Assembly: GCA_043824495.1 (NCBI GenBank)
Contig: JBDRSV010000019.1
Span: forward strand, 1 to 34,165
Source: Candidatus Aenigmatarchaeota archaeon
GTDB lineage: Archaea; Aenigmatarchaeota; Aenigmatarchaeia; QMZP01
Length of the DNA: 34,165 bases
Direction: 5' to 3'
The notes under the pieces are model-generated. The model did not search any database. It saw only the letters and a list, made by a program, of their open reading frames with translations, and was not told the DNA's origin. Both the position numbers and the translations under genes were made by a program. This document shows, piece after piece, positions 8,571 to 17,148 of the stretch; position 1 is the first letter of the stretch, and each line of letters starts with the position of its first letter.

Positions 8571-8778
8571 ATTAATAATTACGCAGCGTATTTAAATTGA
8601 CGTTTTTGAGGTTATGACCAAGTTTGTGTTTTTCTAAATAACAGAGTATATTTTATGGAGACGTCTTTGAAGAGGACTTGAACAATTAAGATTAGAAACA
8701 ATCAATAATATCCGAATTCATCCATATAATGCTGCAGCTATTCTAGAGAAAACTGTTGAGCACACCCAAGAATCAGAA

Positions 8779-8865
8779 TTAGATTCCTAACATTGGTGCA
8801 CCATAATAAGCTATTGCGAATCCCACAATTAAACCAACTATAAATGCTATTGCTAATGATTTCAT
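8779..8865 (-). CDS. 28-aa single-pass membrane microprotein
   Basis: Below the ORF-track cutoff. MKSLAIAFIVGLIVGFAIAYYGAPMLGI*; strong AAGGAG RBS overlapping the TAA of the upstream 300-aa gene. Confidence 0.7.
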   Translation of the reverse strand: MKSLAIAFIVGLIVGFAIAYYGAPMLGI

Positions 8866-8876
8866 TTCATTTCTCC

Positions 8877-9770
8877 TTATTCTATTACTAAAGCCGAAGA
8901 AGCATTGGATACCCTTTGTTTATGCTCTATTTCGTCTAACCTCTCCATAACTGTTCTCAAATTTAGTTTATCTAATTTATCTTCAATCCATTCCATTTTT
9001 GTTTTCACAGATTCAAATTCTCTCATAACTTTGTCTATATCTAGCTTGCTTAGTAGTTTTTCTAGATCTTCAGTGTTTCCAGTTCCAATCTTTATTTTAT
9101 TTATCTTAGAATCCAGATCCTTTAGCTGCTCTGCGTTTTTCTTAACATCATCTTTTAGTAAATTGCTTATCTCTCGGAATTTCTCATAGATAAATTCTTC
9201 TAGACCATAAATGTCACCAACTTTAATTGCACCCTTAGGAACCGATTTCACGTCTTTCATTTTGTCTTGCATGGCATTTTTCAGTTCCATAAACTCTTCT
9301 ATCTGAGCTTCCAGTGAACCTATTTTATCTATCATTTCTCCCATCATGCCTGCATATTTGTCTAAATCTTTCATGTTTTCTGGGACTCTAACAGGTCGCA
9401 TACTTGCTAGTTTTGTTTCAAGAATACTGACTGTATGTTCAATTTCATTTACCTTACTATCCAAGGAAGAAAATCCCTTTGTTGCTTTGTAGCCACCTGA
9501 ATCTGAAAAATTATTTTTTTTAAGTATATTAATATCATTTACTAAATCGTCTAGTTTTTTGAATTTGTCAAGTTTCTTTGTTATTTCTAACATCTCTTTC
9601 ATTTTATCTTCTGTTTCTGGCGTTATTGTACTTGAACTAAGTCTGACATTCTCTAAAGAATTTTTTAGGTTTATGATATCCAGTTTATTGACTATCTGCA
9701 AATCCTTTATTTCAAATAATTGATCTTGGATCGCCTTTAGCTGATCCTTTGTAAGCGTTTCTTCTTCCAT
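8877..9770 (-). CDS. Hypothetical coiled-coil protein (~297 aa)
   Basis: K/D/E/L-rich heptads. ATG at 9770 (MEEETL) preferred over GTG 9779 because GTGAT then serves as RBS. Confidence 0.8.
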   Translation of the reverse strand: MEEETLTKDQLKAIQDQLFEIKDLQIVNKLDIINLKNSLENVRLSSSTITPETEDKMKEMLEITKKLDKFKKLDDLVNDINILKKNNFSDSGGYKATKGFSSLDSKVNEIEHTVSILETKLASMRPVRVPENMKDLDKYAGMMGEMIDKIGSLEAQIEEFMELKNAMQDKMKDVKSVPKGAIKVGDIYGLEEFIYEKFREISNLLKDDVKKNAEQLKDLDSKINKIKIGTGNTEDLEKLLSKLDIDKVMREFESVKTKMEWIEDKLDKLNLRTVMERLDEIEHKQRVSNASSALVIE

Positions 9771-9813
9771 TCTTATCACGTTATATATTTAGTGTGCTGA
9801 CTATAAATCCAGT

Positions 9814-10293
9814 TTATATGTTCTGCTCCACGTAGAAGCTTGGACAGACAACACTATTTATTATCTTCACTCTATTGACAATAGAACCAACTAACACAGT
9901 TGTATTGTCTGCTTCTAGTATTGCACTTTGTCCTGGTTTCATTGAGGTTCCTTTATTTTTCTGTGTCGCAGTAGTCACATTAAATTGTGAGATTGAAGAC
10001 GAATTATATGTAACTTCAAAACTGAAGCTATATAATTCTATTGTCCCCGTGTTGGTTATCCTTACCTTTAATTCGTTTTCTGATTCAGTCCAGTTTACAC
10101 CACTGTTGGCGTAGCTTGTATCAAAATCATAAGCAGTGTTCTGGCATCTTAGCTGTGTATCAGTGTTTGTTCCTGTTGTATTTGTAGTATCTGTTACTAT
10201 ACCTATCATCCATGGTCCTACAGTTGCAGCTACTGTAACCACTATAACTATAAGCATTACAGTCGCTATCAGTGGGGATACTCCACGCCTCAT
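9814..10293 (-). CDS. Archaeal type IV pilin-like protein (class III signal peptide)
   Basis: MRRG/VSPLIATVMLIVIVVTVAA; beta-rich Thr/Ser/Asn C-domain; two Cys; AGGTGA RBS; 4-nt overlap with the upstream pilin. Confidence 0.92.
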   Translation of the reverse strand: MRRGVSPLIATVMLIVIVVTVAATVGPWMIGIVTDTTNTTGTNTDTQLRCQNTAYDFDTSYANSGVNWTESENELKVRITNTGTIELYSFSFEVTYNSSSISQFNVTTATQKNKGTSMKPGQSAILEADNTTVLVGSIVNRVKIINSVVCPSFYVEQNI

Positions 10294-11003
10294 GATGTCA
10301 CCTCGATTTCAAGGAAGTCTGTTCCTGATTCCAATGTAAAGTTTATGAAATATGCTAGATATGAAGAGTTCATTAGGGCTGTAACCGTTGCATATGGTAA
10401 GTTACTACCACTCACTACAAGAGTTGTATATCCATTACCAACTCCCGAGTTTACTTGATCATCAATAGTTATATTTAGTGTTGTGAGATTTAGATATTTT
10501 CCTAAGTCTTTTTGATAGACACCTAATAATAAATCCGAAGTTCTATAGTCAGTAAAGTTTGATGGTGTTCCTGTTTTGTTTATGTATACAACAAGATGTT
10601 CATTTTCTAGAATATATGCATCTGTAGATAAAAATGTAGACTCACTAGCTGTTGTATCAAGATTTGATCCCATCATCAAATTACCAAATGTTTGAGATGT
10701 TCTCGGTGAGAAAACAAATGCTGATGTTTCATAAAACCAATATATTATATCCTGGCTGTCATTTACGTAAAAAGTGCCTTGATCTATGTCTAGGAATATT
10801 GTTCTTTTGGATCCACGACCTTCTGAAGCTACTTCTGTTACAATTTTGTCAAGTTCTACGAAAGTTGTTTTCATTTCTTCTATTATGGCCGCTGACTGCA
10901 TTCTTGCAATTATTGGGATAGCAGATTCGTAGATAATACCTACAGCAACCACAGTAAAAGCAAGGAAAATTACAGCTGAAACTAAAGAGATTCCTCTTCT
11001 CAT
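10290..11003 (-). CDS. Pilin-like protein with class III signal peptide (probable minor pilin/adhesin)
   Basis: MRRG/ISLVSAVIFLAFTVVAVGIIY followed by a helix and a beta-rich extracellular domain. Confidence 0.85.
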   Translation of the reverse strand: MRRGISLVSAVIFLAFTVVAVGIIYESAIPIIARMQSAAIIEEMKTTFVELDKIVTEVASEGRGSKRTIFLDIDQGTFYVNDSQDIIYWFYETSAFVFSPRTSQTFGNLMMGSNLDTTASESTFLSTDAYILENEHLVVYINKTGTPSNFTDYRTSDLLLGVYQKDLGKYLNLTTLNITIDDQVNSGVGNGYTTLVVSGSNLPYATVTALMNSSYLAYFINFTLESGTDFLEIEVTS

Positions 11004-11036
11004 TGTTTATTATTAGAGTCGTCAATTAATAAGACT

Positions 11037-11540
11037 TTAAATAGTGTATTCTTTGACGATTGTTTCTTTGCCCAATCTTTTCGCTTTGTCTATTGCATCC
11101 TGCACACCTTTACTTTTATTGACATGAAAGGCGTGCAATATAGAACAATTTTCTATGATCATCGTATTTCTAGCGTAATAGCTTTCCTTATTGGCTTCGG
11201 TAAACCTACTTTCATCAAATATCGCCTTGGGATTATTCCTGTATATTTCTTCGAGTTGATGTATAAGTTCGTGTGCATGTTCTTCTGTAATAACGCCTTC
11301 TTGGGCTCTTTTTAAATAGTGTTTACAATAATCAGAAAGCTTGATGGGGAGATAAATTTTAATCTGGTTCAATCTGTTCATTTCCAAAACAATTCGTGTA
11401 GCACAATAATCTACTCCGAGTGCACCACCAGCAACAATGCCTTCTCCCCTTTGGAGGATAATTCTTACAACTCCTTCTACATCTTTTTTCACTTGAGAAT
11501 TAACCTGTCTCCAACTTCCACTTATTGCATGCCATTTCAT
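11037..11540 (-). CDS. Stand-alone SLOG-superfamily protein (YspA/DprA-like Rossmann fold)
   Basis: AISGS...IVAGGALGVD...YYARN..II...AF...SKGVQDAI..AKRLGK. ATG 11540 with GGTG RBS preferred over the ORF-track start 11567. Confidence 0.78.
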   Translation of the reverse strand: MKWHAISGSWRQVNSQVKKDVEGVVRIILQRGEGIVAGGALGVDYCATRIVLEMNRLNQIKIYLPIKLSDYCKHYLKRAQEGVITEEHAHELIHQLEEIYRNNPKAIFDESRFTEANKESYYARNTMIIENCSILHAFHVNKSKGVQDAIDKAKRLGKETIVKEYTI

Positions 11541-11548
11541 TTTACACC

Positions 11549-12244
11549 TTAAAACGGCGGCTTCCACTCGTTTTTTGCTCTCTCTATTCGTTCTACGGTA
11601 TCAGTTGGGAACCACTGACTTGAAAATTTAAAACCAAAAAGCTTGTTCTTTTCTGCTATAATAGGAAATATGTCACGTTCTATGCTTACAGAACCATCAG
11701 GAATCATTTCTATTACCTCAGGCTCTACTATATACAAACCTGAATTTATGAGATTTGATGGAGCTTCTTCTTTCTTTGGTTTTTCTACAAATTCTACTAT
11801 TCTATCACCATCAAGTTTAGCTACACCAAAAGATGATGGATCTTCTATGGTTGTTAAAGCTATTGTAATGAGAGCGTTATTTTTTTCGTGAAGTTTGATC
11901 ATCTCATCCAAATCTATATCCTTTACTTCGTCTCCATTACACATGACAAATCTATTCTCTATATGATTTTTTGCTAGTTTCAATGCTCCTGCAGTTCCCA
12001 TCGGTTTGTCTTCTTCACTATATATTATATTAACTCCTAGGGAATCTCCAGAACCGAACTTGTTTTTAACATGATCTGCATAATGACCTACGCCGAGAAT
12101 GATTTTTTTTATTCCGTGTCTCTTCATTAGACTTATATTGTAATCGAGTAATGCTCTTCCTTGTATTTCTAACAGGGTTTTTTGTGTTTCAATTCCTAGA
12201 CGCGTGCCTAATCCACCACACAAAATAAAAGCTGTTTCACTCAT
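11549..12244 (-). CDS. Sugar-1-phosphate nucleotidyltransferase (NTP_transferase; Man-1-P guanylyltransferase-like, no C-terminal LbH)
   Basis: LCGGLGTRL, GTAGAL, CNGD, FVEKP, INSGLY motifs. Confidence 0.93.
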   Translation of the reverse strand: MSETAFILCGGLGTRLGIETQKTLLEIQGRALLDYNISLMKRHGIKKIILGVGHYADHVKNKFGSGDSLGVNIIYSEEDKPMGTAGALKLAKNHIENRFVMCNGDEVKDIDLDEMIKLHEKNNALITIALTTIEDPSSFGVAKLDGDRIVEFVEKPKKEEAPSNLINSGLYIVEPEVIEMIPDGSVSIERDIFPIIAEKNKLFGFKFSSQWFPTDTVERIERAKNEWKPPF

Positions 12245-13229
12245 AATTTATCTCCATATTCTCATTTTTACCGTAAGAATCGATTGCAGAATTTGCTATT
12301 ATTAGAGAGTTCAACGCATCTTTTCCTGAAGATTCGCATTTACTCCCATTTACACAATTTATGAAAGAGTTCAATTCGGCTATAAGAGGTTCTGTTTTTA
12401 CAATCTCTACCGTTTCTGCTTTTGGTGTTCCCATTTTAACAATCTCGTCAAAGTTTTCAGGTTTCACTAAATCAGTTTTGTATATCACTAGCTCTTGTGT
12501 TATGTAATTAAGTTCTGCATAACCACGCGTTCCTGTTATGTTCACTTTTCTAATTTTTGTTGGAGTTATCCAATTGACTTGAACGAAAGCGCTCAGGCCA
12601 TCTTCATAATTCAATATCATATCAGCATAATCTTCTCTGGTACTGTTTAAAGCTCGTCCAGCTGTTGCAAAAACCTTTTTTGGTTTTTTGTCGAGTAAGT
12701 AGGTACACACATCTATGTCGTGTACAGCCAAATCAACAACAACATTTGCATCTTGTATTCTTGGGGGGAAAGGACCGACTCTTCTGCATATAACAGAAGT
12801 TATTTCTCCCAGAGTTCCATTTTTTATTATTTCTCTTAATTTTTGTACGGCGGGATTAAATCTCTCTATATGACCAACCATGAGTTTAATTTTATTTTCT
12901 TCTGCAGCTCTTATAACTTCATTTGCTTCGTCTGCATTAAGAGCAATTGGTTTTTCGACCAAAACATTTTTTCCTCTCTTTATACATTCCACTGCAACAT
13001 CTTTGTGAAATTTTGTAGGAACTACAACTGAAACAGCGTCTATGGTCTCTGTTTCTAACATCTCTTTAAAATCTGAATAATATTTACATCCACACTGATC
13101 AGCAACTGCTTTTCCTGTTTCTTTATTCAAGTCACTAACAGCTACCAGATTAACATTTTCTAACTGAGCATAAACTCTTGCATGATTTTTTCCCATTGAC
13201 CCTGTTCCCACAACTGCAACGTTTATCAT
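12237..13229 (-). CDS. wbpB: Gfo/Idh/MocA oxidoreductase, WbpB-like UDP-sugar-uronate 3-dehydrogenase
   Basis: VVGTGSMG, VLVEKP, VGHIERFNPA, DLAVHDID; adjacent to WbpD- and WbpE-like genes. Confidence 0.85.
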   Translation of the reverse strand: MINVAVVGTGSMGKNHARVYAQLENVNLVAVSDLNKETGKAVADQCGCKYYSDFKEMLETETIDAVSVVVPTKFHKDVAVECIKRGKNVLVEKPIALNADEANEVIRAAEENKIKLMVGHIERFNPAVQKLREIIKNGTLGEITSVICRRVGPFPPRIQDANVVVDLAVHDIDVCTYLLDKKPKKVFATAGRALNSTREDYADMILNYEDGLSAFVQVNWITPTKIRKVNITGTRGYAELNYITQELVIYKTDLVKPENFDEIVKMGTPKAETVEIVKTEPLIAELNSFINCVNGSKCESSGKDALNSLIIANSAIDSYGKNENMEINYE

Positions 13230-13230
13230 G

Positions 13231-13773
13231 TTAAACCTCTAGTTTTTCTCCGCATTTTTTACATTCGGAATTTTCTAATTTACTACCACAATAACAAACG
13301 AATCCTTTTGGAGTTGCAGGATTTCCATAAACAAGTTGATGATCATTAACATCTTTTGTCACAACAGAACCAGCTCCAACCATTGCATGATTTCCTATTG
13401 TAACATCACACACAATTGTACTCCCGGCCCCAATGGACGCTCCTTTTTTCACAAGAATTTTTCCAACTTTCCATTCTCCGTCTTTTAATAATTCACCTGA
13501 CTTACTCACAGCTCTTGGTGTCCTATCATTGGTAAGAACACAATTAGGTCCTATGAAAACACCATCTTCTATAACAACACCATGATAAATGTTAGAAGAA
13601 TTTTGTATCTTTACATTGTCTCCTATCACAACTCCTTGATCTATGTAACAGTTCTGTCCTATTATACAATTTTTCCCTATCTTAGCTTCTCTGATGTGTG
13701 TATTATGCCAGATCTTTGTTCCTTCACCAATATTTGCACTTTCTGAAACTATAGCAGTATCATGTTTTTGCAT
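13231..13773 (-). CDS. wbpD: Hexapeptide-repeat N-acetyltransferase, WbpD-like
   Basis: IWH..HI, IGQN, IGDNVKIQN...IY.GV.IED.VFIGP..VLTND..PRA, YGNPA, C-terminal CYCG/CKKC. ATG 13773 has a GGAGTG RBS (track start 13782). Confidence 0.9.
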   Translation of the reverse strand: MQKHDTAIVSESANIGEGTKIWHNTHIREAKIGKNCIIGQNCYIDQGVVIGDNVKIQNSSNIYHGVVIEDGVFIGPNCVLTNDRTPRAVSKSGELLKDGEWKVGKILVKKGASIGAGSTIVCDVTIGNHAMVGAGSVVTKDVNDHQLVYGNPATPKGFVCYCGSKLENSECKKCGEKLEV

Positions 13774-13774
13774 T

Positions 13775-14851
13775 CTAAACACTCCTTATAATTTCTACAA
13801 TTTTTGTAACATCTTCAACTGAAAGTCCTGGATGAACAGGTATACTTATTACCTCATCTGAAGCTTTTTCAGCTTCTGTCAAGCTTTCGTTGGATTTGTA
13901 TATATCTTGCTTATGGACAGGAACAGGATAATATATTCTAGTGCCCACACCATTACTTTTGAGTACTTGAACTAGTTCATCTCTTGATAATGGGAACTTA
14001 TTTGTAACCCTTAGTGTGTATTGATGGAATACGTGTTTTTCATTTTCTTCCTCTTTTGGTGTAACCAGTCCTTCTATTGATTTTAAATTTTCTGTAAACA
14101 CTCTTGCATTCTCTCTTCTTTTTTCATTCATTTCATCTAATTTTCTCAACTGAACTACACCTAAAGCAGCTGCCATGTTTGTCATTCTGTAATTATATCC
14201 CAAGATCTTATGATAGTATCTGTCCTCTTGACCATGATTTCTAAGCATTTCTATTTTTTCTGCTATTTCTCTATTATCAGTTGTTACCATTCCACCTTCA
14301 CCGGTGGTCATGTTTTTTGTTGCATAGAAAGAAAAACATCCGATTCCAAAGCTTCCAACTTTCTTTCCTTTATACTCTGCACCATGAGCTTGACACGAAT
14401 CTTCTATTACTTTTAGATTATGTTTTTCTGCGATTGCCATTATTTTATCCATGTTACATGGTTTTCCATACAAGTGAACAATTAGAATAGCTTTTGTTTT
14501 CTCTGTGATTTTCTCTTCTATAAGATTTGAATCTATGTTGAATGTTTCAGGATCAATATCAACAAAAACAGGTTTTGCTCTACAAAAAAGTATAGCATTA
14601 GAAGACGCGATAAAAGTGAACGGTGTTGTTATTATTTCATCTCCTTCTTTGGTATCTATTGAGCGCAGAGCAAGTTCTAAAGCTGTTGTTCCATTATTTG
14701 TAGCCACACTATATTTTACTCCGAGATAGTTTGAGAAATTTGTTTGGAGTTCACTTACCTTCTCTCCTTGTACAAGCATTCCTGACTCCAAAACCCTTAC
14801 TACTTCGTCTATTTCATCTTTTCCTATCAAAGGTTTTGATATTGGTATCAT
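13775..14851 (-). CDS. wbpE: DegT/DnrJ/EryC1/StrS PLP aminotransferase, WbpE-like
   Basis: IEDSCQAHG, SFYATKNMTTGEGG (PLP Lys), GYNYRM, YYP.PVH; in the wbpE-D-B cluster. Confidence 0.88.
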   Translation of the reverse strand: MIPISKPLIGKDEIDEVVRVLESGMLVQGEKVSELQTNFSNYLGVKYSVATNNGTTALELALRSIDTKEGDEIITTPFTFIASSNAILFCRAKPVFVDIDPETFNIDSNLIEEKITEKTKAILIVHLYGKPCNMDKIMAIAEKHNLKVIEDSCQAHGAEYKGKKVGSFGIGCFSFYATKNMTTGEGGMVTTDNREIAEKIEMLRNHGQEDRYYHKILGYNYRMTNMAAALGVVQLRKLDEMNEKRRENARVFTENLKSIEGLVTPKEEENEKHVFHQYTLRVTNKFPLSRDELVQVLKSNGVGTRIYYPVPVHKQDIYKSNESLTEAEKASDEVISIPVHPGLSVEDVTKIVEIIRSV

Positions 14852-14994
14852 GTTTGGAAGTAGTGAAGAAGAGTATATATTCTTTTTCCCTGTTTTTTCC
14901 AGTTAACTGTGTCACTCTTCAATAGTTCTGGTACAAACCGGGAAAAATACTTATAAAGTTAAATGATCCAAGATAAATCAATTCGGGTGTACAT
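14852..14994. promoter_or_regulatory. Divergent promoter region between the wbpE operon and the UDP-sugar dehydrogenase operon
   Basis: Plus strand GGGAAAAATA-CTTATAAA; minus strand GGGAAAAAG-AATATATA. Both fit a purine-rich BRE followed by a TATA-like box. Confidence 0.55.
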
Positions 14995-16281
14995 ATGAAA
15001 ATTGTTATTATTGGAACCGGCTATGTCGGATTAACTACTGGTGTTGGCTTCTCTCATAGGGGACACGATGTGATTTGCATCGATGTCATACAAGAGAAAG
15101 TAGATAAAATCAACTCTGGGATTTCTCCGATTTACGAACCAGAAATTGAAGATCATCTCAAAGAGGGTTTAGCTAAAGGAAATTTTAAAGCAACAACCGA
15201 TTGGTCTTTGGTAGATAAAGCAGATGTATTTTTCATATCAGTAGGCACTCCTTCTAATGACGATGGAAGTATGGACATCGGATACATAAAACAAGCAGCA
15301 AGAGATATCGGAAACTATCTGAAAACTGCTGATTATAGTGTAGTTGTTGTGAAATCAACTGTAGTTCCTGAGACAACAGAAAAGGAAGTTCTTCCAATAT
15401 TAGAAGAGACTTCAGGTAAAAAAGTCGGCCAAGATTTTGGTTTATGTATGACACCAGAATTCCTAAGAGAAGGCACTGCAATGAAAGATTTCTTAGAACC
15501 AGACAGAACAGTCGTAGGAGAATACGATAAAAGATCTGGAGATGTATTAGAATCAATATTCAGAGATTTCAATGGTCCTATTCTTAGAACTCAAATAAGA
15601 GTTGCAGAAATGATCAAATATGCGAATAATGCATTCTTAGCCACAAAGATTTCATTTAGTAACGAAATTGGAAACATGTGTAAAAAATTAGGAATAGATG
15701 TTTACGATGTTTTCAAAGGAGTTGGAATGGATAATAGAATTTCATCTAAATTTTTTGGTTCAGGAGTAGGATGGGGAGGATCATGTTTCCCTAAAGATGT
15801 AGCTGCTTTAGTTCATAAATCTAGAACTCTTGGAGTTGAACCAAAGATTCTTGATGCTGCTACACAAACCAACACCGAACAAAAAACAAAACTTGTAAGG
15901 CAACTGGAAGAAAAGATTGGAGACCTAAAAGATAAGAAAATAGCTCTTCTTGGCATCAGTTTCAAGCCTGATACAGACGACATAAGAGAAGCTCCTTCAA
16001 TAAATATAATTAAAGATTTGAAGAGAATAGGAGCAAATATTATAGCTTATGATCCCCAAGCAATGAACAACATAAAAAATATTTTCCCTGATATCGAGTA
16101 TGCTGATAACGCAAAAGGCGCGTTAAGTCAAGCTGATGCAGCTCTAATTATAACAGATTGGGAAGAATTTAAGAATCTTAAAAACGAAGATTTTGATGTA
16201 ATGAAATCGAGAGTGATTTTAGAGGGAAGAAAAACTCTAAATAGAGAAGAAATAAAGGACTTCGATGGCATTTGTTGGTAA
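14995..16281 (+). CDS. ugd: UDP-glucose/GDP-mannose dehydrogenase family protein (Ugd-type)
   Basis: IGTGYVGL, VGTP, KSTV, PEFLREG, IKYANNAFLATKISF.NE, GWGGSCFPKD (catalytic Cys), FKPDTDDIREAP. Confidence 0.92.
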   Translation: MKIVIIGTGYVGLTTGVGFSHRGHDVICIDVIQEKVDKINSGISPIYEPEIEDHLKEGLAKGNFKATTDWSLVDKADVFFISVGTPSNDDGSMDIGYIKQAARDIGNYLKTADYSVVVVKSTVVPETTEKEVLPILEETSGKKVGQDFGLCMTPEFLREGTAMKDFLEPDRTVVGEYDKRSGDVLESIFRDFNGPILRTQIRVAEMIKYANNAFLATKISFSNEIGNMCKKLGIDVYDVFKGVGMDNRISSKFFGSGVGWGGSCFPKDVAALVHKSRTLGVEPKILDAATQTNTEQKTKLVRQLEEKIGDLKDKKIALLGISFKPDTDDIREAPSINIIKDLKRIGANIIAYDPQAMNNIKNIFPDIEYADNAKGALSQADAALIITDWEEFKNLKNEDFDVMKSRVILEGRKTLNREEIKDFDGICW

Positions 16282-16315
16282 TTTGGGAATGGTTTTATAA
16301 ATATAGGTGTACTTC

Positions 16316-17143
16316 ATGGCAATTATGGACGGAGAGATTGTAGGATTAATACCCGCTGCAGGGTCTGGATCGAGAATGTATCCATTTGCTAGAGCTGTCC
16401 CTAAAGAGATGTATCCTATTTTAGGAAAAGCTGTAATAGAGCACTGTATAGAGAATCTGAAAGAAGGCGGAATAAAAAATATTTTTGCAATTGTGGGCCA
16501 TCAGAAAGGAGCTCTAATGGATTATATAGGTGATGGTTCATTCTACGATGTTAAGGTAGCTTACATATACCAACTTGAAAGAAAAGGATTAGGTCACGCT
16601 ATTCTTCAAGGAGAGAATTGGATAAATAACACATTCCTTGTTTTACTTGGTGATTCTTTCATAGAACCGAAAATAGAGATAAGAGATTTGGTCGATCTAC
16701 ATAAGAAAAATAATTGCACAGCAACATTACTTGTTTTCGAGGTTGATAGTCCTGAGGGATACGGTGTTGTGAAATTCAAAGATATCGAGACAGGAGAAAT
16801 AGAAAAAATGATAGAAAAACCAAATGAAGAAGAAGCAAAAGAATACGAAAACAATGGAAAATATTATGCTATTTTAGGAGCTTATTTATTCGAACCAAAA
16901 ATATTCGAGTACATAAAACAAACTCCTCCAGGAGCTAAAAACGAGATTCAGATAACCGACGCTATAGCATTGGCTTTGAAAAATAATGAACGTGTTTTTG
17001 GTAGAGTATTACGTGGAAAATATATTGATATAGGAAAATGGGAGACTGTTTTAAAGGCTGAAAAAGAAATTAATGAAAAGGCAGATATAGAAAAACATAT
17101 AGAAGAAAGAGAAAGATTTGCAAATCGTATAAAAGACAAGTGA
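16316..17143 (+). CDS. Glucose-1-phosphate thymidylyl/uridylyltransferase (RmlA/AglF-like)
   Basis: IPAAGSGSRMYP...PKEM, Q...KGLGHA, LGD, EKP, EIQITDAI, DIG. ATG 16316 follows an AGGTGT RBS (track start GTG 16307). Confidence 0.92.
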   Translation: MAIMDGEIVGLIPAAGSGSRMYPFARAVPKEMYPILGKAVIEHCIENLKEGGIKNIFAIVGHQKGALMDYIGDGSFYDVKVAYIYQLERKGLGHAILQGENWINNTFLVLLGDSFIEPKIEIRDLVDLHKKNNCTATLLVFEVDSPEGYGVVKFKDIETGEIEKMIEKPNEEEAKEYENNGKYYAILGAYLFEPKIFEYIKQTPPGAKNEIQITDAIALALKNNERVFGRVLRGKYIDIGKWETVLKAEKEINEKADIEKHIEERERFANRIKDK

Positions 17144-17148
17144 TAATT

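Noticed and set aside
8600-8778. Possible small ORF between the microprotein and the RNA candidate
   Set aside because: I found no convincing ORF (start, RBS and reasonable length) on either strand.
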